Source of the DNA: Flavobacteriaceae bacterium UBA5534
GTDB taxonomy: Bacteria > Bacteroidota > Bacteroidia > Flavobacteriales > Flavobacteriaceae
Direction of reading: 5' to 3'
Assembly (NCBI GenBank): GCA_002426015.1
Contig: DINS01000021.1
Span: 38,513 to 102,512, forward strand
DNA length: 64,000 bases
Part shown: piece after piece, positions 40,133 to 50,211 of the stretch
Layout of the letters: each line of letters starts with the position of its first letter
Position numbering within the stretch: the first letter of the stretch is position 1
Made by a program: the position numbers and the translations under genes
The notes under the pieces: model-generated
Database searches by the model: none
Told to the model about the DNA's origin: nothing
What the model saw: only the letters and a program-made list of their open reading frames with translations

Positions 40133-41887
40133 TTATATTGATTTTAATTGTGCCTCACTTATATCGATAATGGTACAAACTTCTGTAACCGTAACAAACT
40201 CATCTGATTCGTACATGCCATTACTAATTAAGTGTGTAATCGCAGGAGGTGTATTGAATTCTATTTTTTTAGGGTCTTTTATATACAAAGCTTTGGCGTT
40301 TTCAAGGTCTTGCTTACAACCTTCCATAAATTGCACATAAGCATCTGTTGGAGATACTGTACCTCCTTTTATAATGCTATCCCAATGTGTTACAACTCCT
40401 AAAAGTGCCCATGCAGCAATAGCTTTTGGCATTGGATCGCTTTTTACAAAATCCAAAATGCCTTTAAAGCTTTTTAGTTTTTTAAGTTCGTCGTCTAAAT
40501 TATTGGATGCATCGTTTTTACCACCATAAGCAACAACTAATTCTTCAAAGGTTGCTTTTAAATAGCTATCTGGATTTTTAGCTGCATTCATTTTAGCGTC
40601 AGCAATCATTAACTTATCAACGATTGGCATCGCATGCCATAAATAATTCAATTTACTAATTCCCATTCTGTCATCTATGGTATCCATAAAACCTAAAATA
40701 ACAGCACTACACAAAATAGGCCCTACATCTAGCATATCTGCATACATTTGAACAATATCAAAAATGACATCTGCTGATGTTTGTGCTGCCCAAGATGTTG
40801 CTTTATCGGGAGGTAATGGTTTTTTACCTTTAAAAGAACCCATATCCCCATTAATTCTCGCTTTTTCATAGGCTTCGTATTCGGCTAATGTAAACGGTCT
40901 GATTTGTTCAACCGTTAAGCCTTGTTGCTTCCAAACAGGCTCAAAATACGTTTCGTCTGATGGCAGAAATCCAGGATCTGGACCAATGACATTGTTATAA
41001 AACAGTTTGAATTTTTTAAATAAATCGGCACCTTCAGTTGTACCATATACTTCCTGAAATGATGCTAAATTGTGTGGCAAGTTTAAAGCAATCGTAGCGA
41101 CCAAAGTTTTATGTGCTGCACAATAGGTGTTCCAGGAATCATCAGTGTGTAAATAGCTTTCATAATTAATCCAGTCTCTATAAAACATGAGTGCTGTGTT
41201 AATATCAACTGGCCTGAATTTGGAATGCTTATAAATCTGTGCATTTGCGCTTGGAAATTCCACACCACTATTCAAACAAACATCCACATAAGTCAAATTT
41301 TTATTTACCGTTGCTTGCGGCACATTTTTAAGTGATATAATTTGAACATTGGCTGGATACCCAAATATCGTCTGATTGGCTTCACCAGTAACACCAAATC
41401 GATGCCAATGGTACAACATTGGCGCATTGGTCGTGTAGCCTTTCCCATAGTAGGCACCAAGATGTGTGAAGCCCATTTCGATTTTTTCGGAGGTTGGCGA
41501 CAATAGTTCTTGAATGGTTCCTTTATTCAGTTCCGGATGAAAATAATTGATGAGCGCATATATAGGCTCATTGGCTTTGAGATTCATTTTCTTACGGAGG
41601 AAATCATCTATATAATAAAAGCCCGATTTATAGTTTTTATCAGGTCCCATAATACTATCGTTATTGCTTACAGGTACAAAGTGCATTCCGACGCTTCCAT
41701 CAGCTAGCCTATATTGATAATCTTTAACAACAAATGAAGCGCCATTAGGAAGTATGACTTCAGTAGAGCCAAATTTGTCTCTGGCAATTTTGTAATTTTT
41801 AAGGGCTTGGTCAGTTAATTCGAAATCACCAGCATAGGTTGATTTACCGGCATCGTGAAAGATTGGATTTCTGTAAGGGATTTGCAT
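40133..41887 (-). CDS. hypothetical protein, 584 aa, no recognisable family
   Basis: Long uninterrupted ORF with no signal peptide or TM helix. Lies 21 nt upstream of the PSD-like gene on the same strand. Confidence 0.6.
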   Translation of the reverse strand: MQIPYRNPIFHDAGKSTYAGDFELTDQALKNYKIARDKFGSTEVILPNGASFVVKDYQYRLADGSVGMHFVPVSNNDSIMGPDKNYKSGFYYIDDFLRKKMNLKANEPIYALINYFHPELNKGTIQELLSPTSEKIEMGFTHLGAYYGKGYTTNAPMLYHWHRFGVTGEANQTIFGYPANVQIISLKNVPQATVNKNLTYVDVCLNSGVEFPSANAQIYKHSKFRPVDINTALMFYRDWINYESYLHTDDSWNTYCAAHKTLVATIALNLPHNLASFQEVYGTTEGADLFKKFKLFYNNVIGPDPGFLPSDETYFEPVWKQQGLTVEQIRPFTLAEYEAYEKARINGDMGSFKGKKPLPPDKATSWAAQTSADVIFDIVQMYADMLDVGPILCSAVILGFMDTIDDRMGISKLNYLWHAMPIVDKLMIADAKMNAAKNPDSYLKATFEELVVAYGGKNDASNNLDDELKKLKSFKGILDFVKSDPMPKAIAAWALLGVVTHWDSIIKGGTVSPTDAYVQFMEGCKQDLENAKALYIKDPKKIEFNTPPAITHLISNGMYESDEFVTVTEVCTIIDISEAQLKSI

Positions 41888-41995
41888 GTTTCAATGGATT
41901 TAAAATGTTTAAGTTACGAATTTTTTACATTATAGATTATGTATCTACTTGATTATTAATTTAATACATTCGTTCATCAACGAAAAACCATTATT

Positions 41996-44089
41996 CTATG
42001 ATTTAGTTGTCATATGGCCGCTCTTAATTAGGTCTAGATAGTATTGGGCTGCTTTATCTTCATTAAAAATTTCCAAAGTGGCTTTAAACAGCACATTTGC
42101 TTCCGAAAACAATTGGTCTTCATATAACTGAATTGCTTTTTCAAAAGGCTCTTTAATTAGAAGTTTTAGTGCTTTGAGATCCTTCGTGTCAAAAGAAAAC
42201 ACTTCATAAATAGCAACCGATTTACTTTTTCCCTTTACAGGTACATTCCCAAGAAATCGGTAATCAATCTCCATATTTTCCTTTACTTCCAGCAACACTT
42301 TTTCGCTAACTATAATATTGGCATCAAACAATTTTGATAAGCCTTCCAATCGCGAAGCAATATTTACCGAATCTGAAATAACTGTTCCATCCATTCGTTG
42401 GTGCTCACCAATAGTGCCAAGCATTAGCGTTCCCGAATTGATTCCGATGCCTAATCTTATTGGTATCAATCCCTTTTTGGTATGGGATTTATTGTATTCT
42501 TCCAGTTCTTTTAAGACTTGAGCGGCAGTTAAAATAGCGTCTGATGGGCTGTTTGGGAATAATGCCATAATGGAATCTCCTATGAATTTATCGATAAACC
42601 CATTGTTTTTTCTCACAATAGGTCCGAATCTTTGTAATAGGGAGTTGATAAAATGGAAATTGTCTTCTGGTGATAAACTTTCCGAAATGGTAGTAAAAGA
42701 CCTTACATCAGCAAAAAAAACAGTCATTTCTTTTGTGACGTGATCACCAAGCTTAACATCGACAACACTATCTTTGCCAAGAAAACTTAAGAACTCACTG
42801 GGAACAAAACGACTATTAGCAATATTGATTTTTTTGATGTTTGAAGATAGTTTCTTAATGGCTTTAAAGGCGTTGGAAAATTTTAGCGAGAGTAAAAAAG
42901 ACTGACTAAAAATAAATATCACCAATCCGTAAGGCGAATAATACCCTGTATTAATGACATTATTATCATACAAAATATCATTAAACACGGTAACAACTAT
43001 GACTGATATCCCAATTAATGCTATTGAAGACCCTTCTCTTTTTCGTACACAAGCTTTAATTACTACATATAAGAGATAAATATAAGAGGTGACCAAAACC
43101 AGAGCATAAGGCATCAGAACTTTTGTTGAAACACTGGCAGGAAACAACAACGAACCTGCAAAAAGCACTCCAATAAGCATATATATTTTACCCAAAACAA
43201 CTTTTGCATCTAGTGGAAATAATTTTTGAATAAAGAGGATAAACAAAGGTGGTCCTATAAAATATCCTATAAAAATCAATCGTGTATAGGCTTCAAAGTT
43301 GAAGTCTGGGAACAATTCTATCAAAAATGTTTCCCCTAAACCAATGGTCCTAAACATAACCAAAAAACAGACAATACTAAAATATAAGGTATATACTTCC
43401 TTTTTCATTAGGTAGTAGAGCCCTAAATGGTGGAATGCCATAATAAACAAGATGCCTGCCAAAAACAAATCTAAAGCTACTTGCCGAGATTGCAGTGCCT
43501 TTATTTGCCTTTCCAACCCAAACTTATAAGGAGCTGGCGCACCTCCTTTATCGAAATGATAATTAGAAACTTGTAATATCATATAAATATCATTGCCTGT
43601 AGATGTAAAGTAGATATATTTGGGCAATGTTTGCGGCGTACTGTTTAGTTTCGAATCTGATACTACGCCGTTTTCGGCAACCAATTCATCATCAATCCAA
43701 AGCCTGTAAGCTGTAAAATGGTAAGGAATACGAAGCCCTAGTTTTTCGTTATTGAGATTGTTCTTTATTTTGAGTCTAAAGGTTGCAAAGCCTTGGCCAG
43801 GTAGATTTTCTCCATTTTGTCCAAAGTCATTCCAAACGCCAGGTAAGTTGGCAAAAGATGGGGATCCATTGTCTGGAATACTGTCAGTTTCTAAAAGTTG
43901 ATTCCAATAAAACTCCCATTCACCATTTAAGTTGGAGATTCCATTCTTGCTAAAGTCCCAATGGGTTAAGTCTAAAACACCTTGTTTGGCCTTCTGTCTT
44001 TTAATGCCACTGCAACCTGTAAACAGGAGCATAGCAATGAAAAGTAACATCAATAGCCAAAAGGATGTTTTTTTTGTCTTCACTTTCAA
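41996..44089 (-). CDS. 7TMR-DISM sensor adenylate/guanylate cyclase (class III)
   Basis: 697 aa. Lipobox LLFTGCSG, a DISMED2-like extracellular domain (GEWEFYWNQLL), 7 TM helices, and a cyclase domain (VFFADVRSFTTISE...GDSIMALF). Confidence 0.85.
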   Translation of the reverse strand: MKVKTKKTSFWLLMLLFIAMLLFTGCSGIKRQKAKQGVLDLTHWDFSKNGISNLNGEWEFYWNQLLETDSIPDNGSPSFANLPGVWNDFGQNGENLPGQGFATFRLKIKNNLNNEKLGLRIPYHFTAYRLWIDDELVAENGVVSDSKLNSTPQTLPKYIYFTSTGNDIYMILQVSNYHFDKGGAPAPYKFGLERQIKALQSRQVALDLFLAGILFIMAFHHLGLYYLMKKEVYTLYFSIVCFLVMFRTIGLGETFLIELFPDFNFEAYTRLIFIGYFIGPPLFILFIQKLFPLDAKVVLGKIYMLIGVLFAGSLLFPASVSTKVLMPYALVLVTSYIYLLYVVIKACVRKREGSSIALIGISVIVVTVFNDILYDNNVINTGYYSPYGLVIFIFSQSFLLSLKFSNAFKAIKKLSSNIKKINIANSRFVPSEFLSFLGKDSVVDVKLGDHVTKEMTVFFADVRSFTTISESLSPEDNFHFINSLLQRFGPIVRKNNGFIDKFIGDSIMALFPNSPSDAILTAAQVLKELEEYNKSHTKKGLIPIRLGIGINSGTLMLGTIGEHQRMDGTVISDSVNIASRLEGLSKLFDANIIVSEKVLLEVKENMEIDYRFLGNVPVKGKSKSVAIYEVFSFDTKDLKALKLLIKEPFEKAIQLYEDQLFSEANVLFKATLEIFNEDKAAQYYLDLIKSGHMTTKS

Positions 44090-44447
44090 AATTTTTTAAT
44101 GCTATCAATTTATGGGGAAGACTCTTAAGCATCTGATTAGTTAGGTAATACAAATATGAAGAAAATTAATCAGATAGCATAAAACTTGTTAGGAAACATT
44201 ATATAATATCCATTTAAAGAAACCGTATTAAATTTATCATAGCCAGAATAACATTATCAAACAAGGCGCATAATTCATTACTTTACAAACTACCATCTTT
44301 GGTTTTTTAAGCTGTAAATACTACTTTCAAAACTTTATTCTGGTACATTATGACCTCTTTTTACTATTAAAGACAACGTATCTCAAAAAATATTTAATAC
44401 ATTAATTTACAAGCTGATAAATTGTCTGTAAAAATTACTCCATACTA

Positions 44448-44478
44448 TTTGGTAATCACATAGATTATCGTAAATTTG
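44448..44478 (+). promoter_or_regulatory. consensus Bacteroidetes promoter of rplM-rpsI
   Basis: TTTG (44448-44451), 19-nt spacer, then TAAATTTG (44471-44478), 48 nt before the GTG start. Confidence 0.6.
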
Positions 44479-44525
44479 CAAACTCTTTTTGAGAGAGGAA
44501 TGTTTAATAAGTAAAATTAATAAGT

Positions 44526-44981
44526 GTGGATACATTAAGCTACAAAACGATTTCAGCAAACAAAGCTACTGTTAATAAGGAGTGGATTTTGGTTGATGCT
44601 GAAGGTCAAAGTCTAGGGCGTCTTGCTTCTAAAGTTGCAAAACTTTTGAGAGGTAAGCACAAGCCTAACTTCACACCACACGTTGATTGCGGAGATAACG
44701 TTATTGTTATCAACTCTGAAAAAATCAACTTAACAGGTAACAAGTGGAATGACAAAACGTACATTCGTCACACAGGTTATCCAGGTGGTCAAAGAAGTTT
44801 ATCTGCTACAGAAATGTTTGGAAAAGATCCAGCACGATTAGTAGAAAAATCAGTAAAAGGAATGCTCCCTAAAAACAAATTAGGTGCAGATTTATTCCGT
44901 AACCTAACTGCTGTGGTTGGAACAGAGCATGCTCATGCTGCTCAAAAACCAAAAGCAATTAACTTAAACGAATTTAATTAA
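44526..44981 (+). CDS. rplM: 50S ribosomal protein L13
   Basis: 151 aa with a GTG start. Typical L13 sequence (WILVDAEGQSLGRLAS). Confidence 0.95.
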   Translation: MDTLSYKTISANKATVNKEWILVDAEGQSLGRLASKVAKLLRGKHKPNFTPHVDCGDNVIVINSEKINLTGNKWNDKTYIRHTGYPGGQRSLSATEMFGKDPARLVEKSVKGMLPKNKLGADLFRNLTAVVGTEHAHAAQKPKAINLNEFN

Positions 44982-45367
44982 TGGAAGTAATTCACAAAAT
45001 CGGCCGTAGAAAAACGGCTGTTGCTCGCGCGTATGTTGCCAAAGGAAAAGGGAACATCACAATCAATAAAAAAGACATGGCGACTTATTTTCCTACTGCA
45101 ACCTTGCAGTACAAAGTAAATCAACCTTTGGTCATGACTAACAATGAAGGCAACTTTGATATTACAGTAAATGTATATGGAGGTGGTATTACTGGTCAAG
45201 CAGAAGCGATCCGTTTAGCATTATCTCGCGCAATGTGCGAAGTCGATGCAGAAAACAGAGGCATTTTGAAACCAGAAGGATTGTTGACAAGAGACCCAAG
45301 AATGGTAGAACGTAAGAAATTCGGACAGAAGAAAGCTCGTAAGAAATTCCAGTTCTCTAAACGTTAA
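44981..45367 (+). CDS. rpsI: 30S ribosomal protein S9
   Basis: 128 aa ending in KKFQFSKR. TAATG overlap with rplM. Confidence 0.95.
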   Translation: MEVIHKIGRRKTAVARAYVAKGKGNITINKKDMATYFPTATLQYKVNQPLVMTNNEGNFDITVNVYGGGITGQAEAIRLALSRAMCEVDAENRGILKPEGLLTRDPRMVERKKFGQKKARKKFQFSKR

Positions 45368-45382
45368 TCTTATTACCAACTC

Positions 45383-45425
45383 GATTGGAAATATCATCAG
45401 ACATATTTCCAATCAAGTTTTTTTC
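45383..45425 (+). terminator. intrinsic terminator after rpsI
   Basis: GATTGGAAATATcatcagacATATTTCCAATC, then aag and tttttttt. Confidence 0.75.
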
Positions 45426-45527
45426 AAAAAACAAATTTTAACCCAGTTTTAGTTTAGCATCTAAATGAAGCCTAGCGCCAAAAGCCAAATGGAACATTGC
45501 TAATTAACAGAACGTAAACTATTAAAA

Positions 45528-46310
45528 ATGAAAGTAGAAGTAAAAGAATTATTAGATGCAGGTGTACACTTCGGTCACTTGACACGTAAATGGGATCCAA
45601 ACATGGCTCCTTACATTTATATGGAACGTAACGGTATCCATATCATCAACCTTTACAAAACAGCAGCAAAAATTGAAGAAACGTCTCAAGCGCTTCACAA
45701 AATTGCAGCTTCAGGAAAGAAAATCCTTTTTGTAGCCACAAAAAAACAAGCCAAAGACATCGTTGCTGAAAAAGCAGGTGCAGTCACTATGCCTTACATC
45801 ACTGAAAGATGGCCAGGCGGAATGTTGACCAACTTCGTAACCATCAGAAAAGCCGTTAAGAAAATGGCGATGATCGATAAAATGAAGAAAGATGGAACAT
45901 TCTTGACATTATCTAAAAAAGAACGTCTTCAAGTAGATCGTTTGAGAGCTAAACTAGAGAAAAATTTAGGTTCTATCTCTGACATGACTCGTTTACCAGG
46001 CGCTTTGTTTGTAGTAGACATCAAACGTGAGCACATCGCCATTAAAGAAGCACAAAAACTAAACATTCCAATCTTCGCAATGGTTGACACGAATTCTGAT
46101 CCACGTCAAGTAGATTATTTAATTCCTGCAAATGATGATGCATCAAAATCTATTGATAAAATTTTAACTCTTGTCACATCAGCTATTGCAGATGGTTTAT
46201 CTGAACGTAAGTCAGACAAAACAGAAAAAGAAGAAGGTGCTGACACTGAAGTAAAAGCAACAAAAAAATCAGCAGCTAAAAAGAAAGTAGCTGTTGACGA
46301 AGAAGAATAA
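45528..46310 (+). CDS. rpsB: 30S ribosomal protein S2
   Basis: 260 aa with the GVHFGH motif. Confidence 0.95.
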   Translation: MKVEVKELLDAGVHFGHLTRKWDPNMAPYIYMERNGIHIINLYKTAAKIEETSQALHKIAASGKKILFVATKKQAKDIVAEKAGAVTMPYITERWPGGMLTNFVTIRKAVKKMAMIDKMKKDGTFLTLSKKERLQVDRLRAKLEKNLGSISDMTRLPGALFVVDIKREHIAIKEAQKLNIPIFAMVDTNSDPRQVDYLIPANDDASKSIDKILTLVTSAIADGLSERKSDKTEKEEGADTEVKATKKSAAKKKVAVDEEE

Positions 46311-46332
46311 ATAACAATTACACAACATCAAT

Positions 46333-46382
46333 AAGTCGTTTAGTTCTTTTCTTTGTTGAAAATTAATTGAACGACTTTTTTA
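46333..46382 (+). terminator. weak hairpin plus T-run between rpsB and tsf (possible attenuator)
   Basis: AAGTCGTT, about 28-nt loop, AACGACTT, then tttttt. Confidence 0.35.
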
Positions 46383-46396
46383 AATTTTAAAAATAT

Positions 46397-47371
46397 ATGG
46401 AAGCTATGGTAAAAATAACAGCCGCAGAAGTAAACAAATTAAGACAAGCTACAGGTGCCGGAATGATGGACTGCAAAAAAGCATTGGTTGAAGCTGAAGG
46501 AGATTTTGATAAAGCAATTGACGTATTACGTAAAAAAGGTCAAAAAGTTGCAGAAAAAAGAGCTGACAGAGAATCTTCTGAAGGTGCTGCAGTTGCTAAA
46601 ATAAATGCCGACAATACTGTAGGTATCGCTATCGTTTTAGGTTGTGAAACTGATTTTGTAGGTAAAAACGAATCGTTCGTTGCTTTAGCAAACGACATTG
46701 CTGATATCGCAATTAACTGTAATTCTAAAGAAGACGTATTGGCTGCTGATTTTGGAGGCATGACTGTTGCAGATAAATTAGTTGAGCAAACTGGTGTCAT
46801 CGGTGAAAAAATTGACCTAAATGCTTTTGAAAGATTAGAAGCACCATACGTTGGTTCTTACGTTCACATCAATAAAATTGCTGCGATTGTAGGTTTTTCT
46901 GCAAAAGTTAACAATGTTGAAGAATTAGCTAAAGACGTAGCCATGCAAATCGCATCTATGGGAGCTACAACATTATCTTACAAAGATTTTGATCCTGCAT
47001 TCATCGCATCAGAAACTGAAGCAAGAATCGCTGTGATTGAAAAAGACAATGAAGAATTGGCTCGTTTAGGCAAAACTCTTAAAAATGTACCTTCTTATAT
47101 CTCAATGGCGCAATTAACTCCAGAAGTATTGGCTAAAGCTGAAGAAGCTGCCAAAGCAGAATTGAAAGCTGAAGGTAAACCAGAACAAATTTGGGACAGA
47201 ATCCTTCCAGGTAAAATGGAGCGTTTCATTTCTGACAACACGACTTTAGATCAAGAAAAATGTTTGTTAGACCAAACATTCATTAAAGACGAAAAAATGA
47301 ACGTAGCTAAATATGTTGCTTCTTATGGCGACGTAAAGGTTACAGATTTTAAACGTGTGTCTTTAGGATAA
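46397..47371 (+). CDS. tsf: elongation factor Ts
   Basis: 324 aa. UBA-like N-terminus (VNKLRQATGAGMMDCKKAL). The start could instead be the ATG at 46406. Confidence 0.95.
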   Translation: MEAMVKITAAEVNKLRQATGAGMMDCKKALVEAEGDFDKAIDVLRKKGQKVAEKRADRESSEGAAVAKINADNTVGIAIVLGCETDFVGKNESFVALANDIADIAINCNSKEDVLAADFGGMTVADKLVEQTGVIGEKIDLNAFERLEAPYVGSYVHINKIAAIVGFSAKVNNVEELAKDVAMQIASMGATTLSYKDFDPAFIASETEARIAVIEKDNEELARLGKTLKNVPSYISMAQLTPEVLAKAEEAAKAELKAEGKPEQIWDRILPGKMERFISDNTTLDQEKCLLDQTFIKDEKMNVAKYVASYGDVKVTDFKRVSLG

Positions 47372-47391
47372 ACCTAATTTAAATATTATGC

Positions 47392-47427
47392 AAAGAGCCT
47401 TTCATTTATTTGAGAGGCTTTTTTTTA
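47392..47427 (+). terminator. intrinsic terminator after tsf
   Basis: aaAGAGCCTTTcatttatttgAGAGGCTtttttttt. Confidence 0.6.
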
Positions 47428-47451
47428 TCATCTAAAAACAAAAAAATTATG

Positions 47452-47459
47452 TAGTTTTG
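47452..47459 (+). promoter_or_regulatory. -7 box TAGTTTTG upstream of pyrH
   Basis: Perfect TAnnTTTG 19 nt before the ATG at 47479. Confidence 0.4.
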
Positions 47460-47478
47460 CTAAACTTTTAAAATCATT

Positions 47479-48186
47479 ATGAAGTATAAAAGAATCCTCC
47501 TCAAACTTTCAGGTGAAGCCTTAATGGGAACACGTCAATATGGTATTGATCCTCAACGTTTGGCAGAATATGCCGAAGACATTAAAGCCATTACCGAAAA
47601 AGGTGTCGAAGTAGCCATTGTCATTGGTGGTGGTAATATTTTTAGAGGTGTAGCAGGTGCAAGTAATGGTATGGATCGTGTACAAGGTGACCACATGGGA
47701 ATGTTAGCAACCGTTATTAACGGACTTGCATTACAAAGTGCTCTCGAAGATGCTGGCGTCCCAACTCGTTTGCAATCTGCGGTTCACATTAATCAAGTTG
47801 CCGAACCCTTTATTCGTCGCAAAGCAATGCGTCATTTAGAAAAAGGTAGAGTGGTCATTTTTGGTGGAGGCACAGGAAACCCTTATTTCACAACTGATTC
47901 GGCTGCTGTACTCCGTGCAATAGAAATCGAAGCTGATGTGATTTTAAAAGGCACTCGTGTAGACGGTATTTACAATGCGGACCCAGAAAAAGATATAAAT
48001 GCCATAAAATTTGACCATATTACTTTTGATGATGTATTGCGCAAAGGTTTAAAAGTTATGGACACCACAGCATTTACTTTAAGTCAAGAAAACGAATTGC
48101 CAATTATTGTGTTCGATATGAACAAAAAAGGGAATTTGCTTAAGGTTGTTGCTGGCGAAAAAATTGGAACCAAAGTTAATTTATAA
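47479..48186 (+). CDS. pyrH: UMP kinase
   Basis: 235 aa. Typical N-terminus [13 protein letters not shown] and the GGGNIFRG motif. Confidence 0.95.
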   Translation: MKYKRILLKLSGEALMGTRQYGIDPQRLAEYAEDIKAITEKGVEVAIVIGGGNIFRGVAGASNGMDRVQGDHMGMLATVINGLALQSALEDAGVPTRLQSAVHINQVAEPFIRRKAMRHLEKGRVVIFGGGTGNPYFTTDSAAVLRAIEIEADVILKGTRVDGIYNADPEKDINAIKFDHITFDDVLRKGLKVMDTTAFTLSQENELPIIVFDMNKKGNLLKVVAGEKIGTKVNL

Positions 48187-48243
48187 TCCGAGATACATTT
48201 TGGCTTGTTTTTTGAAAGCCACACATATTAAAGTTTAAAAAAA

Positions 48244-48801
48244 ATGAACGAAGACATTCAATTTATATTAGACACCGCAAAGGAAGCGATGGATGCAGCC
48301 CTTAAGCATCTCGAAAAACAATTTGTAAACATCAGAGCTGGTAAGGCAAGCCCTGCCATGTTAGGTAGTGTTATGGTTAACTATTATGGCTCGCAAACAC
48401 CATTGCACCAAGTTGCCAACGTCAATACTCCAGATGGACGTACCATTACTGTGCAGCCTTGGGAAAAAGGTATGATTCAAGAAATTGAAAAAGGAATACA
48501 AATCGCAAATTTGGGCTTCAACCCAATGAATAATGGCGACACAATCATTATAAGTGTACCACCTTTAACCGAAGAGCGTCGTCGTGACTTAGCCAAACAA
48601 GCAAAAGCCGAAGCTGAAGATGCAAAAATTGGTATAAGAAGTGCTCGTAAAGATGCCAATTCTGAAATCAAAAAATTAGACGATGTTTCTGAAGACCTTC
48701 AAAAAAATGCGGAAGTAGACGTGCAACATCTCACGGATAAATACGTTAAAAGAATAGATGACATTTTAGAAGTCAAAGAAAAAGAAATCATGACTGTTTA
48801 A
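48244..48801 (+). CDS. frr: ribosome recycling factor
   Basis: 185 aa. Follows pyrH as in most bacteria. Contains LTEERRRDLAK. Confidence 0.95.
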   Translation: MNEDIQFILDTAKEAMDAALKHLEKQFVNIRAGKASPAMLGSVMVNYYGSQTPLHQVANVNTPDGRTITVQPWEKGMIQEIEKGIQIANLGFNPMNNGDTIIISVPPLTEERRRDLAKQAKAEAEDAKIGIRSARKDANSEIKKLDDVSEDLQKNAEVDVQHLTDKYVKRIDDILEVKEKEIMTV

Positions 48802-48807
48802 AATTTT

Positions 48808-48832
48808 AAGCGACTCTTTAGTCGCTTTTTTG
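48808..48832 (+). terminator. intrinsic terminator after frr
   Basis: AAGCGACTctttAGTCGCTT followed by ttttt. Confidence 0.75.
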
Positions 48833-48857
48833 TTGCAACCTTTATCTATTTTTATAA

Positions 48858-50138
48858 ATGAAAAAAATCTGTGCTATTTACTTTTTATTGCTCTGTAGTT
48901 TAATAGCACAGTCGCAAATTATACATGTTCAAAACGATTCAACAGGAGTTCAAAATGATTCAACTTCAAAGAAAACCGAACTTTTAAAACAATTGGGGAA
49001 TGGTTATTTTCCGACCAAGTTTGTTAATATTGATTTACGTTATCTTGTAAAATTCAATCAATACGAAGGCTTTAGAACTGGTCTTGGAGGCATAACCAAT
49101 GATGCCTTTTCTGAAAAATACCGCATTAACAGTTATGTCGTTTATGGGTTTAGAGACCATAATTTCAAGTATAGTATTGGTGGTGGTTTTAGAGTTGCCG
49201 AAGCGACCAATACTTGGGTGAATTTTTCATATACCGATGACTTACAAGAAACCGGAAGTTCTGCTTTTTTAACTGATAAGCGTTTCTTTTCTTTTTTTGA
49301 GCCTCGCCTGCTTAACATCGATTTGTTTCATCGGCACATTACTAAAGCCCTTTCTTTAGAACACCAATTTACACACAATCTAATTTCTGAAACACAATTG
49401 GCAATTAGCAATATCTCACCAACCTACAATTATATTTTTTCTACTGACGATCACTTGTACAGGGAGTTTCACTTAACGACTGCAAAAATTGCTTTGCAAT
49501 GGTCTCCTTTCAGTGAATTTGAACAAACCAAAAATGGCATTGTAGAAAAAATTGATGGCTATCCGAAATTCACCTTACAATACACCAAAAATATTGACAA
49601 CCTACTTGGAAGCAATCTAAACTTTTCTAAACTAGATTTCAGGACCATCTATCAACTAAAGCACAAAAACGCATCGGTAACCGAAGCCACCATTACTGGA
49701 GGCTTTGCTTACGGAAATGTCCCTTTGACACATTTGTATCATGCTTATCCCAATAACATAAGAAAATCGACTATTATGCAACGTTTTTCCGTTGCTGGCA
49801 TCAACAGTTTTGAAACCATGTTTTTCAATGAGTTTTTCTCTGACCGATTTACAACATTCCAATTTAAACACTATGTCAATCCTTTTAAAATTGCACCGCG
49901 TTTTAAACCACAATTAGTACTTATTACCAGATATGCACTTGGCGATATGAGCCATATTGAGCGCCATCAAAATGTTACTTTTGGGACATTAGAAAAAGGT
50001 TATTCTGAATCAGGTTTTGAAGTCAATAAACTTCTTTTCGGGTTTGGTTTGAGTTTTGCCTATCGATATGGTGGTTACCATTTACCTGCTTTTGAAGACA
50101 ATGTAGCCTTTAAGTTTACGTTTAATGTAAATTTGTAA
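48858..50138 (+). CDS. hypothetical outer-membrane protein (beta-barrel suspected)
   Basis: 426 aa with a signal peptide. Alternating aromatic/hydrophilic beta-strand-like pattern. No named family recognised. Confidence 0.5.
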   Translation: MKKICAIYFLLLCSLIAQSQIIHVQNDSTGVQNDSTSKKTELLKQLGNGYFPTKFVNIDLRYLVKFNQYEGFRTGLGGITNDAFSEKYRINSYVVYGFRDHNFKYSIGGGFRVAEATNTWVNFSYTDDLQETGSSAFLTDKRFFSFFEPRLLNIDLFHRHITKALSLEHQFTHNLISETQLAISNISPTYNYIFSTDDHLYREFHLTTAKIALQWSPFSEFEQTKNGIVEKIDGYPKFTLQYTKNIDNLLGSNLNFSKLDFRTIYQLKHKNASVTEATITGGFAYGNVPLTHLYHAYPNNIRKSTIMQRFSVAGINSFETMFFNEFFSDRFTTFQFKHYVNPFKIAPRFKPQLVLITRYALGDMSHIERHQNVTFGTLEKGYSESGFEVNKLLFGFGLSFAYRYGGYHLPAFEDNVAFKFTFNVNL

Positions 50139-50184
50139 GCAGATAATATCCTGCAATAAGTCTATCTAATCCTTCCCTTTTTTC

Positions 50185-50192
50185 TACCTTTG
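50185..50192 (+). promoter_or_regulatory. -7 box TACCTTTG upstream of the RND/MMPL gene
   Basis: Perfect TAnnTTTG 19 nt before the ATG at 50212. Confidence 0.4.
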
Positions 50193-50211
50193 TCGCTTCG
50201 TAAACGATCGT

